Assembly (NCBI GenBank): GCA_951406725.2 | Contig: OX597814.1 | Location: forward strand, 89,404,001-89,468,000 | Length of the DNA: 64,000 nt | DNA from: Octopus vulgaris | Taxonomy: Eukaryota | Reading direction: 5' to 3' | Part shown: piece after piece, positions 24,501 to 39,700 of the stretch | Numbering within the stretch: the stretch's first letter is position 1 | How the letters are laid out: each line of letters opens with the position of its first letter | Program-made: the position numbers and the translations under genes | Notes under the pieces: generated by a model | Told to the model about the DNA's origin: nothing | Database searches by the model: none | What the model saw: only the letters and a program-made list of their open reading frames with translations

Positions 24501-25571
24501 AACCAATCGATGGCCTCTATTGAGCTAAAATCATTTGCTGCGTCTAAAACTGAGACAACATCCTGTCACTAACCCTAACACTAACCGTAACCATAACAGA
24601 ATAAAGTGAAAAAAAAAACAAAACAAACCCAACAAAAACTCACCTGGCAGTTGTAAATCCCCAAAAGAAAAGTAGGTAGGGAACATATTCATAAAATCTT
24701 TCATCGCATACAGGGTAGACTCTGAGTCCAAGATTCGACTGATTAGGACAGGCCGTTGACCATCTGATGGTGTCTGAAGTTTCTGAAAATTACTCTCTGC
24801 TCTAAGTGTAATTATTTAGATACGCTTATATATTTTAAGGAAGGGAGGAAGGAAGGAAGGAAGGAAGGAAGGAAGGAAGGAAGGAGGCTAGGTAGGTAGG
24901 TAGATAGGTAAGGCGGTGAGCTGGCAGAATCGTTAGCACATCGGGCGAAATGCTTAGCGGTATTTCGTCTGCCGCTACGTTCTGAGTTCAAATTCCGCCG
25001 AGATCGACTTTGCCTTTCATCCTTTCGGGGTCGATTAAATAAGTACCAGTTACGCCCTGGGATCGACATAATCGACTTAATCCGTTTGTCTGTCCTTGTT
25101 TGTCCTCTCTGTGTTTAGCCCCTTGTGGGTAGTAAAGAAATAGATAGATAGGTAGGTAGGTAGGTAGGTAAGTAGGTAGGTAGGTTGATAGGTTGGTAGG
25201 TAGGTAGGTAGGTCGATAGATAGAGTGTGTGTGCGGGTGTATGAAAAAGAGTAAGATAGACACAGACAGAGCGAGTGCTTATTCCTGTATTTCTCCCCTT
25301 CTCTCAGAGTCAGTTCATCTCCATCTAGCTTTTGCCATTCAAATATGGATACCAGCTGATACCATGCCTGAATGTAATATAATGCAATATAATGCAAGCC
25401 GCAGGCGTGACTATGTGGTGAGAAGTTTGCGTCCCAACTACATGGCACCTTGGGCAGGTATCTTCTACTACTGCATGGCACCTTAGGCAGGTATCTTCTA
25501 CTACAACGCCGGGCCGACCAAACCAGCGTGAGTGGATTTGGTACACGTAAACTCAAAGGAGCCTATCGTGT

Positions 25572-25656
<85 letters not shown>

Positions 25657-27668
25657 GATGGATGAATGTTCAGGATGAATTTGATGACTTTTGTCTTTTT
25701 TGTTTTAAGAATCAGCTTGATGTATTGGTGAACACTAAACAGCATTGGAGTGCATAAAGATTAAAGATGTTGAGAAAAAGTTAGCTGACAGGGAGGACTG
25801 GATGCCGTCTGAATATTAGAAAAGGGTTTCCTGTATCATGTTGCTCAATGATCTGTGAACACTGTAAAGGCTGTAAGACCTGACATGAGCATCATGTAAA
25901 CTAAGTTCCCCAAAATGTGATAGTCTTTGGGTATGTCTTCAGTGAGTGTGACATCAAACCACCCACATCTTGGAACAGGGCCTAAGCTCAATTCAGATGA
26001 CTATGTGAAGCTGCTGAGACCGTGATTCAAACCTTAACTGGAGAGGGTTACTGCTGAAAGGCCTCTTACCATACCCTCGAAAAAGAGTCAGAAATGGTTG
26101 TTGGAGAATTTCTACAACTTCACCAGCTTAAATTTCTGACTTCCCAATCCCTCCAATTATTATCCCTTGGATTACTATGTGTAGGGCGCGGTTGAGAAAG
26201 ACCAACTGCTCTGCCTGAAACACCAAGGCCGAGCTGGTGGCCAAGATCGAAGAGGAATTCGAAGATCTTCCCAGGGACACAGCGATGTGCCATGTTCCGA
26301 AGCTGCCGTCAGACTGTGTTGGAATATGTGGCCGGCAAATTGAGTAAACTGTTATTTTTGGATGGGATATTTCGTTTTATTTTTCCTTTTATGCAGATTG
26401 TCAAATTTAGCCTGGACACCCTGTATGTACATACACCTGTGTGTCTTTGTGTTTGTTTCCCATCACCGCTTCTTAACCAGTGTTGGTTTGTTAACATATC
26501 CGTAACTTAGCGGTTCAGCAAAAGAATCGATAGAATAAGTTCCAGGCTTCAAAAGAATAAATATTTAGAGTGACTCATTTAACTAAAACCCTTTAGGAAG
26601 GGATTTCGTTGTAAAAGACCAGAACTCTTACACTCGAGTTAGCGGCACCAGCTCCTAGAAAATGCACCAGCCCACATTCCATCCTGGTAACCGATTACAG
26701 GTTAAGTTCACCGCCATCAATTCACCGCAGGGAAAGCTTGCAGCCATCAATTTACCGTGCAGGCTGTGTGGTAAGTAGCTTGCTTACCAACCACATGGTT
26801 CCGGGGTTCAGTCCCACTGCGTGACACCTTGGGCAAGTGTCTTCTACTATAGCCTCGGGCCGACCAAAGCCTTGTGAGTGGATTTGGTAGACGGAAACTG
26901 AAAGAAGCCCATCATATATATGTATATATATATATGTATATATATATACGGGATTCTTTCAGTTTCCGTCTACCAAATTCACTCACAAGACTTTGGTCGG
27001 CCCGAGGCTATAGTAGAAGACACTTGCCCAAGGTGTCACGCAGTGGGACTGAACCCCGGAACCATGTGGTTGGTAAGCAAGCTATTTACCACACACACAC
27101 ATATATATGTATATTATGTCAGGTCACTTTCGAGTGCTACTGGTAACATGTAACCCAGTACAACTTGTTTTATGGTCGGGTCGTCGGCGACCAAACCGGC
27201 AACCCCACCATGCTTGCTTGGTGAGGATGGTGTTTATTGGTCACCATGCGGGATGAAAAACAAAACCCGTCAAAGGGCGGAGGAACTCTTGAGAGTCAAC
27301 GGCCATCCAATAAATGTCTTAAGGCTGTATCATGCGCGGGGACATAGAAATAATCGGACTGAATACCCGATCGCGCGGTTAAACCATTGGGAGTGAAGGA
27401 CTCCTAGCCTTTGTTAGGGCATCCTTCTAGGAGAAGGTAACTCAGGTAACTGGGATAACTCTGACATAAAACCTGCGGCTTAGTGGTTACCGATGATGTT
27501 GACTTGTTCTTCTTTTCGGATTATGGCTGCTATTGCTTAGTGAGTGGGATTGTCTCAGTGCACAGCCTTTCCTCACTTTAAAAAAAATCTTCTTGCACAG
27601 GCATTGCACCATAACAACATTGATTAAGCTTCGTGCAATAGCCATACTCGATAACGAGGGGGAAGCCA

Positions 27669-27725
<57 letters not shown>

Positions 27726-29632
27726 ATATGTGTGTACGTGTGTGTGTGTGTGTGTTTGTGTGTCTGCGTTTGTCCCCACAACATCGCTTGACAACTGATG
27801 CTGGTGTGTTTGCGTCCCCGTAACTTAGCGGTTCGGCAAAAGAGACCGATAGAACAAGTACTAGGCTTACAAAGAATAAGTCCTGGGGTCGATTTGCTCG
27901 ACTAAAGGCGGTGCTCCAGCATGGCCGCAGTCAAATGACTGAAACAAGTAAAAGAGAAAAAAAAAGAAAAAAGAATATATATCCATAGTATTTCACCATT
28001 AATAGTTAAAAACTATTTTAATGAAAAACAAAAAGAAAGAAAAAAGGTGAATTGATGACGGTGAACTTATCGGACATATTGGCTGACAGAAATACTTGAC
28101 TGACAGAAATAGGTATCAAAACTGTCCCTCACTCTCCTTATAGTCCAGACCTTGCGTCCTGTGATTTTTAACTGTTCCTCTAACTGAAGGAGAACCGCAG
28201 GGGCATTCTTTTTGAATACATTGAGAAAAATGAAGTAGGCTGCGATAAGGATTTTGGCGACATCTTACCTTTGGAGGACTTCCATGAGGTCTTCACGAAG
28301 TGGAAAGTCAGAGGATGTTACTTTGAAGAAGATTAGAGTTTTGTACAACTTATAAATAAATCAATGCCTTTCTTGAAGAAGTTTCAACACTTCTAGAGGG
28401 CACCTTTTATGCAGTAAACGATAAGGTAAACAGTTAATATTTTAGATTATAAATAAACATTAAATCAAATTAAACACTACAAAAATATATATCGACAATG
28501 GAAAAAAAAATACGCACTGAAACTAAACCACCCACGAGAGCCGAACCACGCATCTATCGCTATCTAAATCATTGGTTCTCAACCAGGGTTCACACGACCC
28601 TTGTTAAAATTTATGTGTAATAAATTGGTTATGGAGTCGCAATGGCCCAGTGGTTAGGGCAGCGGACTCGCGGTCGGAGGATCGCGGTTTCGATTCCTAG
28701 ATCGGACGTTGTGTGTGTTTATTGAGCGAAAACATCTAAAGCTCCACGAGGCTCCAGTAGGGGGTGGTGGCGACCCCTGTTGTACTCTTTCGCCCCAATT
28801 TTCTCTCACTCTCTCTTCCTGTTTCTTGAGTAACGCTGCGATGGACTGGCGTCCCGTCCAGCTGGGGAGGGGGGGAAACATATGCCACAGAAACCGGGAA
28901 ACCGGGGCCATGAGCCTGGCTAGGCTTGAAAAGGGCGCATAAATAAATTTTAAAAAGTGGTTATACTTCTGCAATATACAAAATATTGTATTGTTTTTTT
29001 TTATATAGCACCCCTAATACTATATAATAAAAATATAATTGATTTTTTAAAGCATGGGTGTCCATCGGAGTAAAATAGGAATTAAAGGTGTCTATCGGTA
29101 AAAGATGGTTGAGAATAACAGATCTAAACGATCGTTTTGTTCATTGCACCAGTTCAGAGGCCAAATCAGTGTGATACAGAATAATACGGTCGGACCTTTG
29201 AATTACATGTACAATCCTTCCAACGAGCTTCTACATAGTTTCCGTCTACCCAGTTTTACTTTCAAGGTATGGGTCAATTCGAACCTATGGGAAATCCTGT
29301 CTACTGTAGGCACAAGATCAGAAATTCTGGGATAAGGGAGGGGCTAATCGATTGCATCGACCCAAGTACTTGACTGGTACTTACTTTTGTCGATCTCGAA
29401 AGGATGAAAGGCAAAGTCAAGCTAGGTGAAATTTGAACTCAGAATGTAAAGGCGGGTGAAATGCTGCTAAGCGTTTTGTCCGGCGTGATAGTGATTCTGT
29501 CGGGTCGCCGCCTTTGAAGCTATGGGAAAATAACATTTCCATAAGATGGCACGCACTGAGATCTAATCCGAAACCTTATGGCTGTGAAGCGAACTTTTTA
29601 ACCAATCACCCACCTGTCCTCATACACATGCC

Positions 29633-29715
<83 letters not shown>

Positions 29716-31790
29716 GGGTTGATTTTGGATTGTGATATCTATGTGTGTATAGGCACGTGGCCCATGCTTTCAACTCCTAGACTGGGCGGTGCGTTGTTAT
29801 TGTTGGGCAGAACACTTCATTTCAAGTTGCTCAGCTGTAAATGAGTTCCAGCAAGCTGCTGGCAAGTTAACCCTTTGACGGGCCAGCATTCCGTTCAGGG
29901 GTGGTGGTCAGTGCTGTAGTCTCAGTTATGGAAACCTCGTGACGTTTCGAGAATGAATCTTCATCAAAGAGAGAGGAAAATTAACTCTTCAACTGAAGCG
30001 CAAGATAGCACTGACATTTTCTTCACACAACATACGAGTTTAGCCAAACTTACACACTCCACTATATAGTTTTAGCCAAAGCTGATAGACCGTCACTAAT
30101 TTCTTAGTCTGTGTTTTTAAAAACTTTTTCGTTTGGTTGTCTATGGATCTGTTTATCATTTTTGTTGGTCGTTTACATTTTGCTCCAATGTGCAAGTCAC
30201 TTCATCTCTTTCTCTCTCTCTCCTTCTCTCTCCCTCTCTCTCTTTTCTCTCTCTCTCTCTCTCCTCCTATCTCTCCCTCTCTCTCTCTCCCTCTCTCTCT
30301 CTACTTTGCCAAGCCCCGTCGCCAAGCTTTAGTGCCTGGGGGTGTTTCAGAATATTCTGGGAGCACATGGCTCAGTTGCTAGAGCACCAGGCTCACAATC
30401 CTGGGGTAGCGCGTTCGATCCCGGACCGGGCTGTTTATTGTGTTTTTGAAAAAGACACTTTATTTCACGTTGCTCCAGTTCACTCAATTGTAGAAATGAG
30501 TTGCGACGTCACTTGTGCCAAATCTATATCGGCCATTGTCTGGATAACATCAGTGGTGTGGAGAGAGGAGGCTGGTATGCATGGGCGACTGCTGGTCTTC
30601 CATAAACAGCCTTGCCCGGACGTGTGCCTTGGAGGGTAACTTTCTAGGTGCAATCCCATGGTCATTCATGATCGAAGGGGGTCTTTACCCACTAATCTCT
30701 CTATATATAAACGGCAAAATGTCTGCGTGTGTGTCCTTTATACAAATCCACAATTTTTCAGTTAGAGGGCTCGCACTTTCTATGGTCATTTAAAACCGTC
30801 CAAGGGTGGTCGTGCACATCTTTACATTTCCTCAGTTACCCCGCAAAGCCATTAAAATATCAATAGAAGTGATTTTTGGTGAATTTTCTATCCAAAACCC
30901 AATCAAAATGCCCGAAACTTGGTACGCCAATTGAATGCCAGCTAGCCGTATGTGATTGGTCGGAGATTTGGACAGTACTCACGTGTATGTGCGCACGCAC
31001 GCAGCTGTATATGCATGCACTAGCACTATGACCCGGCAACGCCGGGTCATAGTGTTAGTCTGTAATAATGCTAAAGTGGAGTTTCGAAATAAGAGTATCA
31101 CTGTCAATCTTGGGGTACACCATTGAAAAGTGGAGGGGCAGTGTTGTCCAGTGCACCCCTTTAGCGCCGGGCACGACCTTGTCTTCATTGTATATTCAGG
31201 TTTTTCCATTCTTTATCATTTTTGATATAGGCGCAGGTATGGTATGGCGGTTTGGTTAAGAAGGTCGCTTTACAACTACATGGTTTCGGGTTCAGTCCCA
31301 CCGCATGGCACCGTAGGCAAGTGTCTTCTACTATAGCCCTGGGTCAACCAATACCTTGTGAGTGAATCTGGTAGCCGGAAACTGTGTGGAAATCTGTAAT
31401 GTGCGCGCGCGCGTGTGTGTCTTAGTGTTTGTCCTTAACCACTGCTTTGTAACCAGTGCTGGTTTGTTTAGGTACCCGTAACCTAGCGGTTCGGCAAAAA
31501 AGGACTGATTGAATAAATACCAGACTCAAAAAAAGTACTGGAGTCGATCTGTTCGACTAAGACCCTTCAAGGCGGTGGTGCCCCAGCATGGCCGCTGTCC
31601 ATTGACTGAAACAAAATATAAAGGATAATGAATAAAGACTCCCCACTCATTACCTTCCCTTCATCCCTTTCCCCACTTCCCTCTTTACTCCCGCCATCTA
31701 TTTATTCTTTATCGCACACGCGTGGATAATAGAGCTGCAAGAAGCAAGAACCCAAACTACCAGAAACAACAAAACATTGAATGAATTGAG

Positions 31791-31849
<59 letters not shown>

Positions 31850-32177
31850 AAAGAAAAAACAGAGGTAATAGAGTGAAAGAGAAAAGGAAGAAAATAAAAA
31901 CAAATCTATAAAACATATAAAATGGAAATTGCAAATGTCCGTCTTGTTGCCATCTGCTCATAATTTTTCTCTTCCCGACTTTTATTTATGTACGCCATTG
32001 CCACCGTCGCCACTTTTGTATTCACGATCTCTACCACTACTACTACCACCATCTCACAGGAGATTGATCACTGGTGCAAGGAAAAGAAAAGCGAAATAAA
32101 AGTTTCGTTTTTTAAGACCCTGTCAGACTGAAAGGTGAAACGATGTGGAAAAATTACGCACGCACGCGCGCGCGCGC

Positions 32178-32215
<38 letters not shown>

Positions 32216-32274
32216 GCACACACACACACGCACGCACGCACACACACACACACGTGGATCTATCTATTTATCTG

Positions 32275-32327
<53 letters not shown>

Positions 32328-32792
32328 GCATACATTCATTCATACACACACACACATACATACATACATACATACATACATACATACATACATACATACA
32401 TACATACATACATACATAAATACATACATACATACATACATACATACATACACACGTGTGTGGAGAGAGAGAGAGAAAGGAGAGATAGAAAAAGAAAGCG
32501 AGGAGAGTAATCAGTATGATATCTCACAAATGTAAAAGCCGGACTAGACTACTTTATGCGCAACTCCATTGTCTCCCGAGACAAAAAGGATGCCAACAAC
32601 AATCTCACAAATGTAATTTCATTCATTTAAGTGTGTGTGTTTATATGTATGTATGTCATTATTCAGTTTATTTCAAGATTTCTTGCCAATAGAGAAAGAA
32701 CCGGTTTCTAACCTAGATCCAAAGCTCCTTCACTGGAATTTCAACATCAACAATAAGGCATTTTGTTGCATGTATGTATGTATGTATGTATG

Positions 32793-32823
<31 letters not shown>

Positions 32824-35800
32824 ACGTAATACTAAAGGTTGTTCCTAGAAAGGTTAATTCTCGAAGAATGACCACTCAATACACGGCTTGGAGTGTCCGA
32901 GTATTTTTGGAGTATTTTTACAGTAACTGATCGTTACTCCGAGTTCCACATTTCTCATTTGGTTGATTTTAGCGCCCGAAGATCTGATTTACGATTTGCA
33001 AAATTGTCGACTTCCAATATGATATATATAACACTTAATATTCAGTATTGAGTTCTCATATTTATTGTTTCAAGCGCTTACGCTAAATAATCTAGTGACT
33101 GAGTAAGGTCTTTATTGATTCTTACAATAAAGATGACAAGTTATGAGATATGAGTTGTAATTATCAATCGGTGAATTGGAAAAATCGTTAGAGCGTCGGA
33201 TAAAACACTTGCTGTACGGCTCTTTATGATCTACGTTTAAACCCAGGCCAATGACAAAAAGTATCCGTGAAATATAAGGCTGTGGTAGTCGATTCAATAT
33301 TCCTATAAAATAATTTTAGTTAAGAATGGTCTTATGACAAAAGACGAGTGTAGCTTTGTGCAGAGGCGGTAGCATGGCCAATGAGGTAAATCCTAGGCGT
33401 GATTATTGCTAGTTGATTATTGCTAGTTGTATCGTCTGACTGACATCGAGTATGCACTCGATTTTAAGTATCAAGGACTGACACATACACATATAGCCTC
33501 TCCTACACACACACGTATGCATGTACGTATATGTATGTATGCGTGTGTGTACGTCTGCGTTTCCTTATCTTGGTTATACAATCAGTGTCGTTCATTTTAA
33601 ATATTGTGGAAACATGTCTGACCATGGGGAAATATTTTGCTTGGAAACTAGTGAGGGATAGTGACAGGAAGGGCATCCGGCCGTAGAAAAATCTTCCTTA
33701 ATGAACTCCGTTCAATCCATGGGAAAAGTGGACGTTAAACTATGCTGATGATATATATGCATACATTACCATTTTGCAGGAAAGGTTTTAACGATGACGA
33801 AGATAATTGAATTATTATTGTAATTTTTACTCTTCTCTCTTTGTAGTTATGGTACTTAGAAGGTACAAGATATAAAATTTTGGGGAAAAGAAACAGCCTC
33901 AGGGTAAGCAAAATCGACCGCAGCCCGATTTGAATTTAGAGCGTAAAAATGTGGATAGCGCAAATCCTTTTGTCCGACCCTCGAATGATTCAACTAATCC
34001 ACAGTTTTATTAAAAAAAACAAACAAAAAATGAATACACACATACGCACATACGCACATACACACATGTTCATAAAATGTCACTTACCTGGAAACCTAGT
34101 TTTTCACATGAGTTCTGATGAAAGAAGCTCGTTGTCTTGACTCCCCTGCGACGCTTGCAATCAGAATATCATTTGGTGGCGTATTACATCTTTTGACCTC
34201 AGGTTGAATAGAGATAAACTTGAAGAAACCCAGTGGGATTTGAACTCAGAATAGAAAGAAAACGAGACTAAATTAATCCAGTGCTACACTGTTTCTGTAA
34301 ACTCCACCGCCTTGCCCTAAAAAAACTGGAAGCACTCCGTCGGTTACGACGACGAGGGTTCCGGTTGATCCGATCAACGGAACAGCCTGCTCGTGAAATT
34401 AACGTGTAAGTGGCTGAGCACTCCACAGACACGTGTACCCTTAACGCAGTTCTCGGGGATATTCAGCGTGACACAGAGAGTGACAAGGCCGGCCCTTTGA
34501 AATACAGGTACAACAGAAACAGGAAGTAAGAGTGAGAGAAAGTTGTGGTGAAAGAGTACAGCAGGGATCACCACCATCCCTGCCGGAGCCTCGTGGGGCT
34601 TTAGGTATTTTCGCTCAATAAACACTCACAACGCCCGGTCTGGGAATCGAAACCGCGATCCTACGACCGCGAGTCCGCTGCCCTAACCACTGGGCCATTG
34701 CGCCTCCACCATAAAAAAACTACAATGGATGTGAACAAATATATGGTTTCTTGCCCTTTGTATGCAGTCCCACTTAATGAGTTCTGGCGGGGTGAAAGAC
34801 AAAAAAAAATAAAATAAAAATCATCTGACACTTAATCGACAATTTTATAAAATTTCAGCTCTCAACGTTGCATTCATTCATTTTTAATGCTATATGCCAG
34901 AAAACTAAAAAAAAGAAAAGAATTAATATGAAAAACAACAGCAATAAATGAACATCTTAATCAGAGAATTACAGAATTACAATATTACGGAGGAAGAGAA
35001 ATGAATTTGTGTGACGTTTATTATGATTTTTCCTGGGAGCATCCAGCTGTGTTTACGTTTATTTAATAACTGACGATAATTTTATCTTCTCCCAGAAATT
35101 GAAACCAGTCCACGTTCTGAGCTCACTAGGAACATAAAAAAAAATCAAAGTGGTCAGCCAATCAAAAAAAAAAAAAAAAGACAAAAAGAGAAAAGAAAAG
35201 GAAAAGCAAAAGAAAAAAGAAAAAGAAACCACTGGACTGACTTGATTGACCATTTCAAAGTCTCAGAGGAAAAAAGTTCAAAAAGAATGATTTTTTTTTC
35301 TTCCAGATTTTCTCTCTCGGACATTTGCAGTTAGTAACTGATGTCGCTAATAAAGATTTTGATAAGTGATTGATTGATTTAGCTCATTTCCATTTTTTTT
35401 TCTGTTAGTCAGTCGATTGGAAAGACATTTTGGTCGACAAATGGTGTGGTTTGTGTGCGTGCATGTATGTGTGTGTGTTTGCGTGTGTGTTTGTGTGTGT
35501 GTGTGAGAGAGAGAGCGAGCAGGAGGGGAGGGAGAGAGGGAGAGGAAGACAGCAAAAGAACTGAGAGAGAAAGAGTGAGAGATTGTTTTATTTTGTGTTG
35601 GGTTTGGAATGATTTATGGTCAATTTTTATGGTCAATATTTTCCAAATCATCTGATGTCGCTTATGTGGTTAAAAACTACCTAATGGTGTGGAATAAAAA
35701 ATATCTCACGGAAAAAAAAATACAAATTTCCGGTAATTATGTTGGAAGGAAAAAGTTAATAGAGAGAGGGAGGGAGAGAGAGAGACAAAGAGAGAGAAAG

Positions 35801-35905
35801 AAAGAGGAGAAGCAAGCATGTTTCATTCAAGAGACTGGGCTATTAAATCCTTTGTGATGGGCTTAATGAACTCTACCAAGTTATTCTTTCGTTATTACGA
35901 TCATT

Positions 35906-35978
<73 letters not shown>

Positions 35979-36722
35979 CCCTGCGATAAATCCCAATCCC
36001 TGATCTAATTGGCATACCCCAGTCGCCGCTGCTTAATTTTTCTTTTTCTCCTAATGCTCTGGGTGTGAAATGAACATTATGCAATTTCTTTAGCCATTAT
36101 AATATATACTAGCTCGACACCCGTCACATTGCTAACAGCAAAATTATAAAATTTCAAAACAAAATTCTCTATCCATTTAAAATACTGTCTTTCATGTAAA
36201 ATGTATTTAGCTAAAAACAAAAAGTCTTTGAAAAAATTACAAAGTTACTAACTTTTTGCCCCTTTTAATTTTCAGAAATGTTTGTTATTTATTATTAGCA
36301 TTTTCTGAAATTGATAAATTATTAAAATTTAGGTCGTCTTTCTTAACGAAGTTTTAATAAATGATCTTTTTATATTCACTAAAAAATATTTTAGAAATAT
36401 TATATTACATATCCTGCAAACTCAATGTATATACATTGTGCAATATTTACATTTAATTAAACGACTTCTTTATATACAATGTTCCTTAGTCAAGGTTCTG
36501 TGTTTAACATTACCTTTCTTTTTCTTCTTCCCGTTTCCCCAGCTTTTTCCTTCTCTGTTCATCATGAAACACTTTGTCTTTTGTTATATTTGTCAGTAAA
36601 ATATTCATGGCCATCTTTTTTCGGTGGCGTGTGAGTGAAAAATGAACTTTGACAAAATAAAAATGAAAAAAGAATAAACAAACTTTATTTTTCCTTACGC
36701 TGCATATGTGAATTAAACGAAA

Positions 36723-36757
<35 letters not shown>

Positions 36758-39700
36758 ATTCACTGTTTTTTAAAAATTTCTTTTCTCTAAATAAATTACT
36801 TGAAAATCATCTGATTCCGAGAATCTGAGCGTGTGACGGACGGACGGACAGAGAGACACGGCTCTTATAATATTGATTAGAGAGGTTTTCTGCTCATGCT
36901 ATAAGTGTAGAAAAGAATAGGAATTAATACGGAAAATACTTTTTATCAGTGTTTTATGCTTGTTTATTTGTAGTTCTATTCTTCCGCAACAATTTTTGTT
37001 TATCGATCTTATTTGTCATATCCCCTCAATAAAGTTTTGTATGTATGTATGCATGTATGTATGTATGTATGTATGTATGTATGTATGTATGTATGTATGT
37101 ATGTATGTATGTATGTATGTATGTATGTATGTATGTATGTATGTATGTATGTGTGTATGTGTGTGTGTGTGTGTGTGTGCGTGCGCCTGCGTGTGACATA
37201 CTCTTATTCGTCTTTGTTGTTCAAAGACCTGTTACTGGCCACTCTGAGGCATTTCTCATTGCTCATTTTCGTTTCATTTATGCAAATGACCTAAGGTCAT
37301 AAATGAATATATTCTATTTTAGTATATGTCTAAGTGTGATCTAGTGAAGATAATGTAGAGAAGTTGCTGTGTTGATGATACCTATGGAGGTAGAAACATG
37401 TAACCACAACAACCATCTTGTCTTCTCGAAGAATTCTTGATTCTTGAGATTATCTTCTCATATTGTTTGGTACTAATTACCTCTAGCAATTGGTCTTAGT
37501 GTTAATTTTATCGATATATTTTAATACTTGCCTAAATGATTGATTTAAGTTTAGGTTTAGTCTTTATGTGTTAGACCTAAGCTTCGGTTTCGTGTTAGCG
37601 TTAATTTTAGGTTTATTGTCTGTGTTAGGTTTAGTTATTGGGTTGTCAAATGAATTCGTTCGCTTCTTTCCAATGTTACTTGAATCAATATGATACATAT
37701 TTTTATCGTAGTGTTAATTTTTTTTTGTCTGTAGCTTTATTCTACTTTGGCAACTTTTGTTTATCATTTTTTAAATGTGAATAAATTTTACCTCTTTTCA
37801 GATAGAGTGCCAAGTAAAAAAAAAAACAAAAAAAACTTTCGACACGTGCTTCTCTTTGATTATAATCACAGTTCCAAAGCTACCAAAAGCCATTCAAGTC
37901 ATCTGTACTGTGTACAGAGAAGGTACTACTACTGAAAGTACTGTACAGAGATAGTTCTTATGATTCAAGTTGGAGAAACTAGACCTTACAGCCTCTCTGC
38001 ATCTTAGCCGAACCTGTTCAGTTCAATGAGGATCGATTGATCGAGTTTATCCATTAAGGAATTGACCCAGCTGATGGGATGCGCTCATACTGTCGTGTGC
38101 CATTTTCTTTCAATGGGTAATGTCCAAATGACCCAACCGGTGACACGGTGTGCTTCTTCAATACGGCAACGCTCGCTCCATGTCGCTAATTTCAGCAAAA
38201 TGTTATTCAAGAGTTCTGTTGGGAAATTCTACCATACCCATCGTATTCTCCTGATACAACACCTTCAGATTATTGCCTTTTTCAGTCGCTCTGCAGCAGA
38301 TTGCGAAGCGTTTCGTTTAACATCAACGTGAAGCTGAAAACGTGGCTTGATGTAATTTTCCGAGGTCAGACCCTGTGATTTCTACTGTCAAGGAGTTGAC
38401 AAGCTAGCGCAGAGGTCAGTGAACCGCGGTAAATTATTCCAGGTGTGGGTAAAAATGAAATTCTTGGTGGGTAATGAGGACTCATTAGACATAAATAAAA
38501 TTATATAAAAAACGTGTTCCTTGTTACGACAGAAATTTTTCTTCTGGCAATACTGAATCGGTCCAATGTATTGGACATGTAAATAGATTCGTATAAATAG
38601 ATTCAATAAACCTTTTGAACCTATGATTTTCTTTTTTTCAAATCAGGGGTAATTGGTTAAAAAGTTCCCCGACCCCTGAGCTACAAAAAATCAGGAACAA
38701 TGAAGGAGAGTATAATTGACTGATTTGTTAAAATTGTTGAAAAATAAGGATTAAGATGTAGGAAAAAAACCTCCAACAAAAATGAACATTTTTATCTGAC
38801 AACCCAATAACTAGCGTAAAAGTTAGGGTCAGGATTAGGTTAAATTGTAGTGTTATGTTTATTATTTGAGTAAATTTAGAGACAGCGCCATGTTTGAGGT
38901 TAGAGTTAGGATTTGCGTCATGATTATCGTTAGCTTTAAGCTTTATGTTGGGGTTGGTTAGTTTTCATTTTTTAAAATTTTAGTTTTAAGTTTAGAGCTA
39001 TGTCAGGGTTAATGGTGTATCTGTGTTAAAGGTTACTACTAGGGTTATTTTTAATGCAAGGGAGAGTTTCGGGGATAGAGCTAAATTAGTTTTAGTGTTT
39101 TGGTTAGGATTAATTTTAGAGTTAGTTTAGTATTAGAAATGACGCTAAGCATTTTTCCCGGCGTGCTAACGGTTCTGTAGCTCGTTGCCTTAGTGATAAT
39201 CTTGATATTAGGCTGACTGAATCGTTAGCGGAATTTCGTTCGTCTTCAGAGTTATAGTTCATACCCGGGTTACGGTTCGCGTTTATTTTTGCTTTAAGGT
39301 TAACCTCATATTTACATTTTGGGTCGTGATCAGGATTAATTTTAATGATAGGTTTTCTACTAGTGTTAATGTTTGGTTCAATGCTCGTATTTGGGTCATG
39401 ATTAGAGTTAGGTTTAGTTCAGCTTACGTAAGGTTTAGCATTAAGTTTATTATTAGAGTTACGTTTCATTTAAAGGCTAACGCTTGTATTAGCGATGGTG
39501 AAGTATTATAGTTAAGAACAGTATTAGGTTTAGAGTTTGTGTTATAGTTTAGCTTTGAATCAGTATTAGGATTAGGGCTAATAGTTAATTTAGCGTGATA
39601 GTTATTGCTATTGTTGGGTTATGGTGAGTATTAGGATTAAGATTAGGTTTACCGTCAGAATTTCGGTTAGTTTTATAGTTATGGTTCAGATTAAGGTTTG

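Noticed and set aside
30359-30430. tRNA genes at SINE heads (also 28632, 34635, 51540, 55880)
   Set aside because: Each continues into a shared SINE body and lacks a clean cloverleaf
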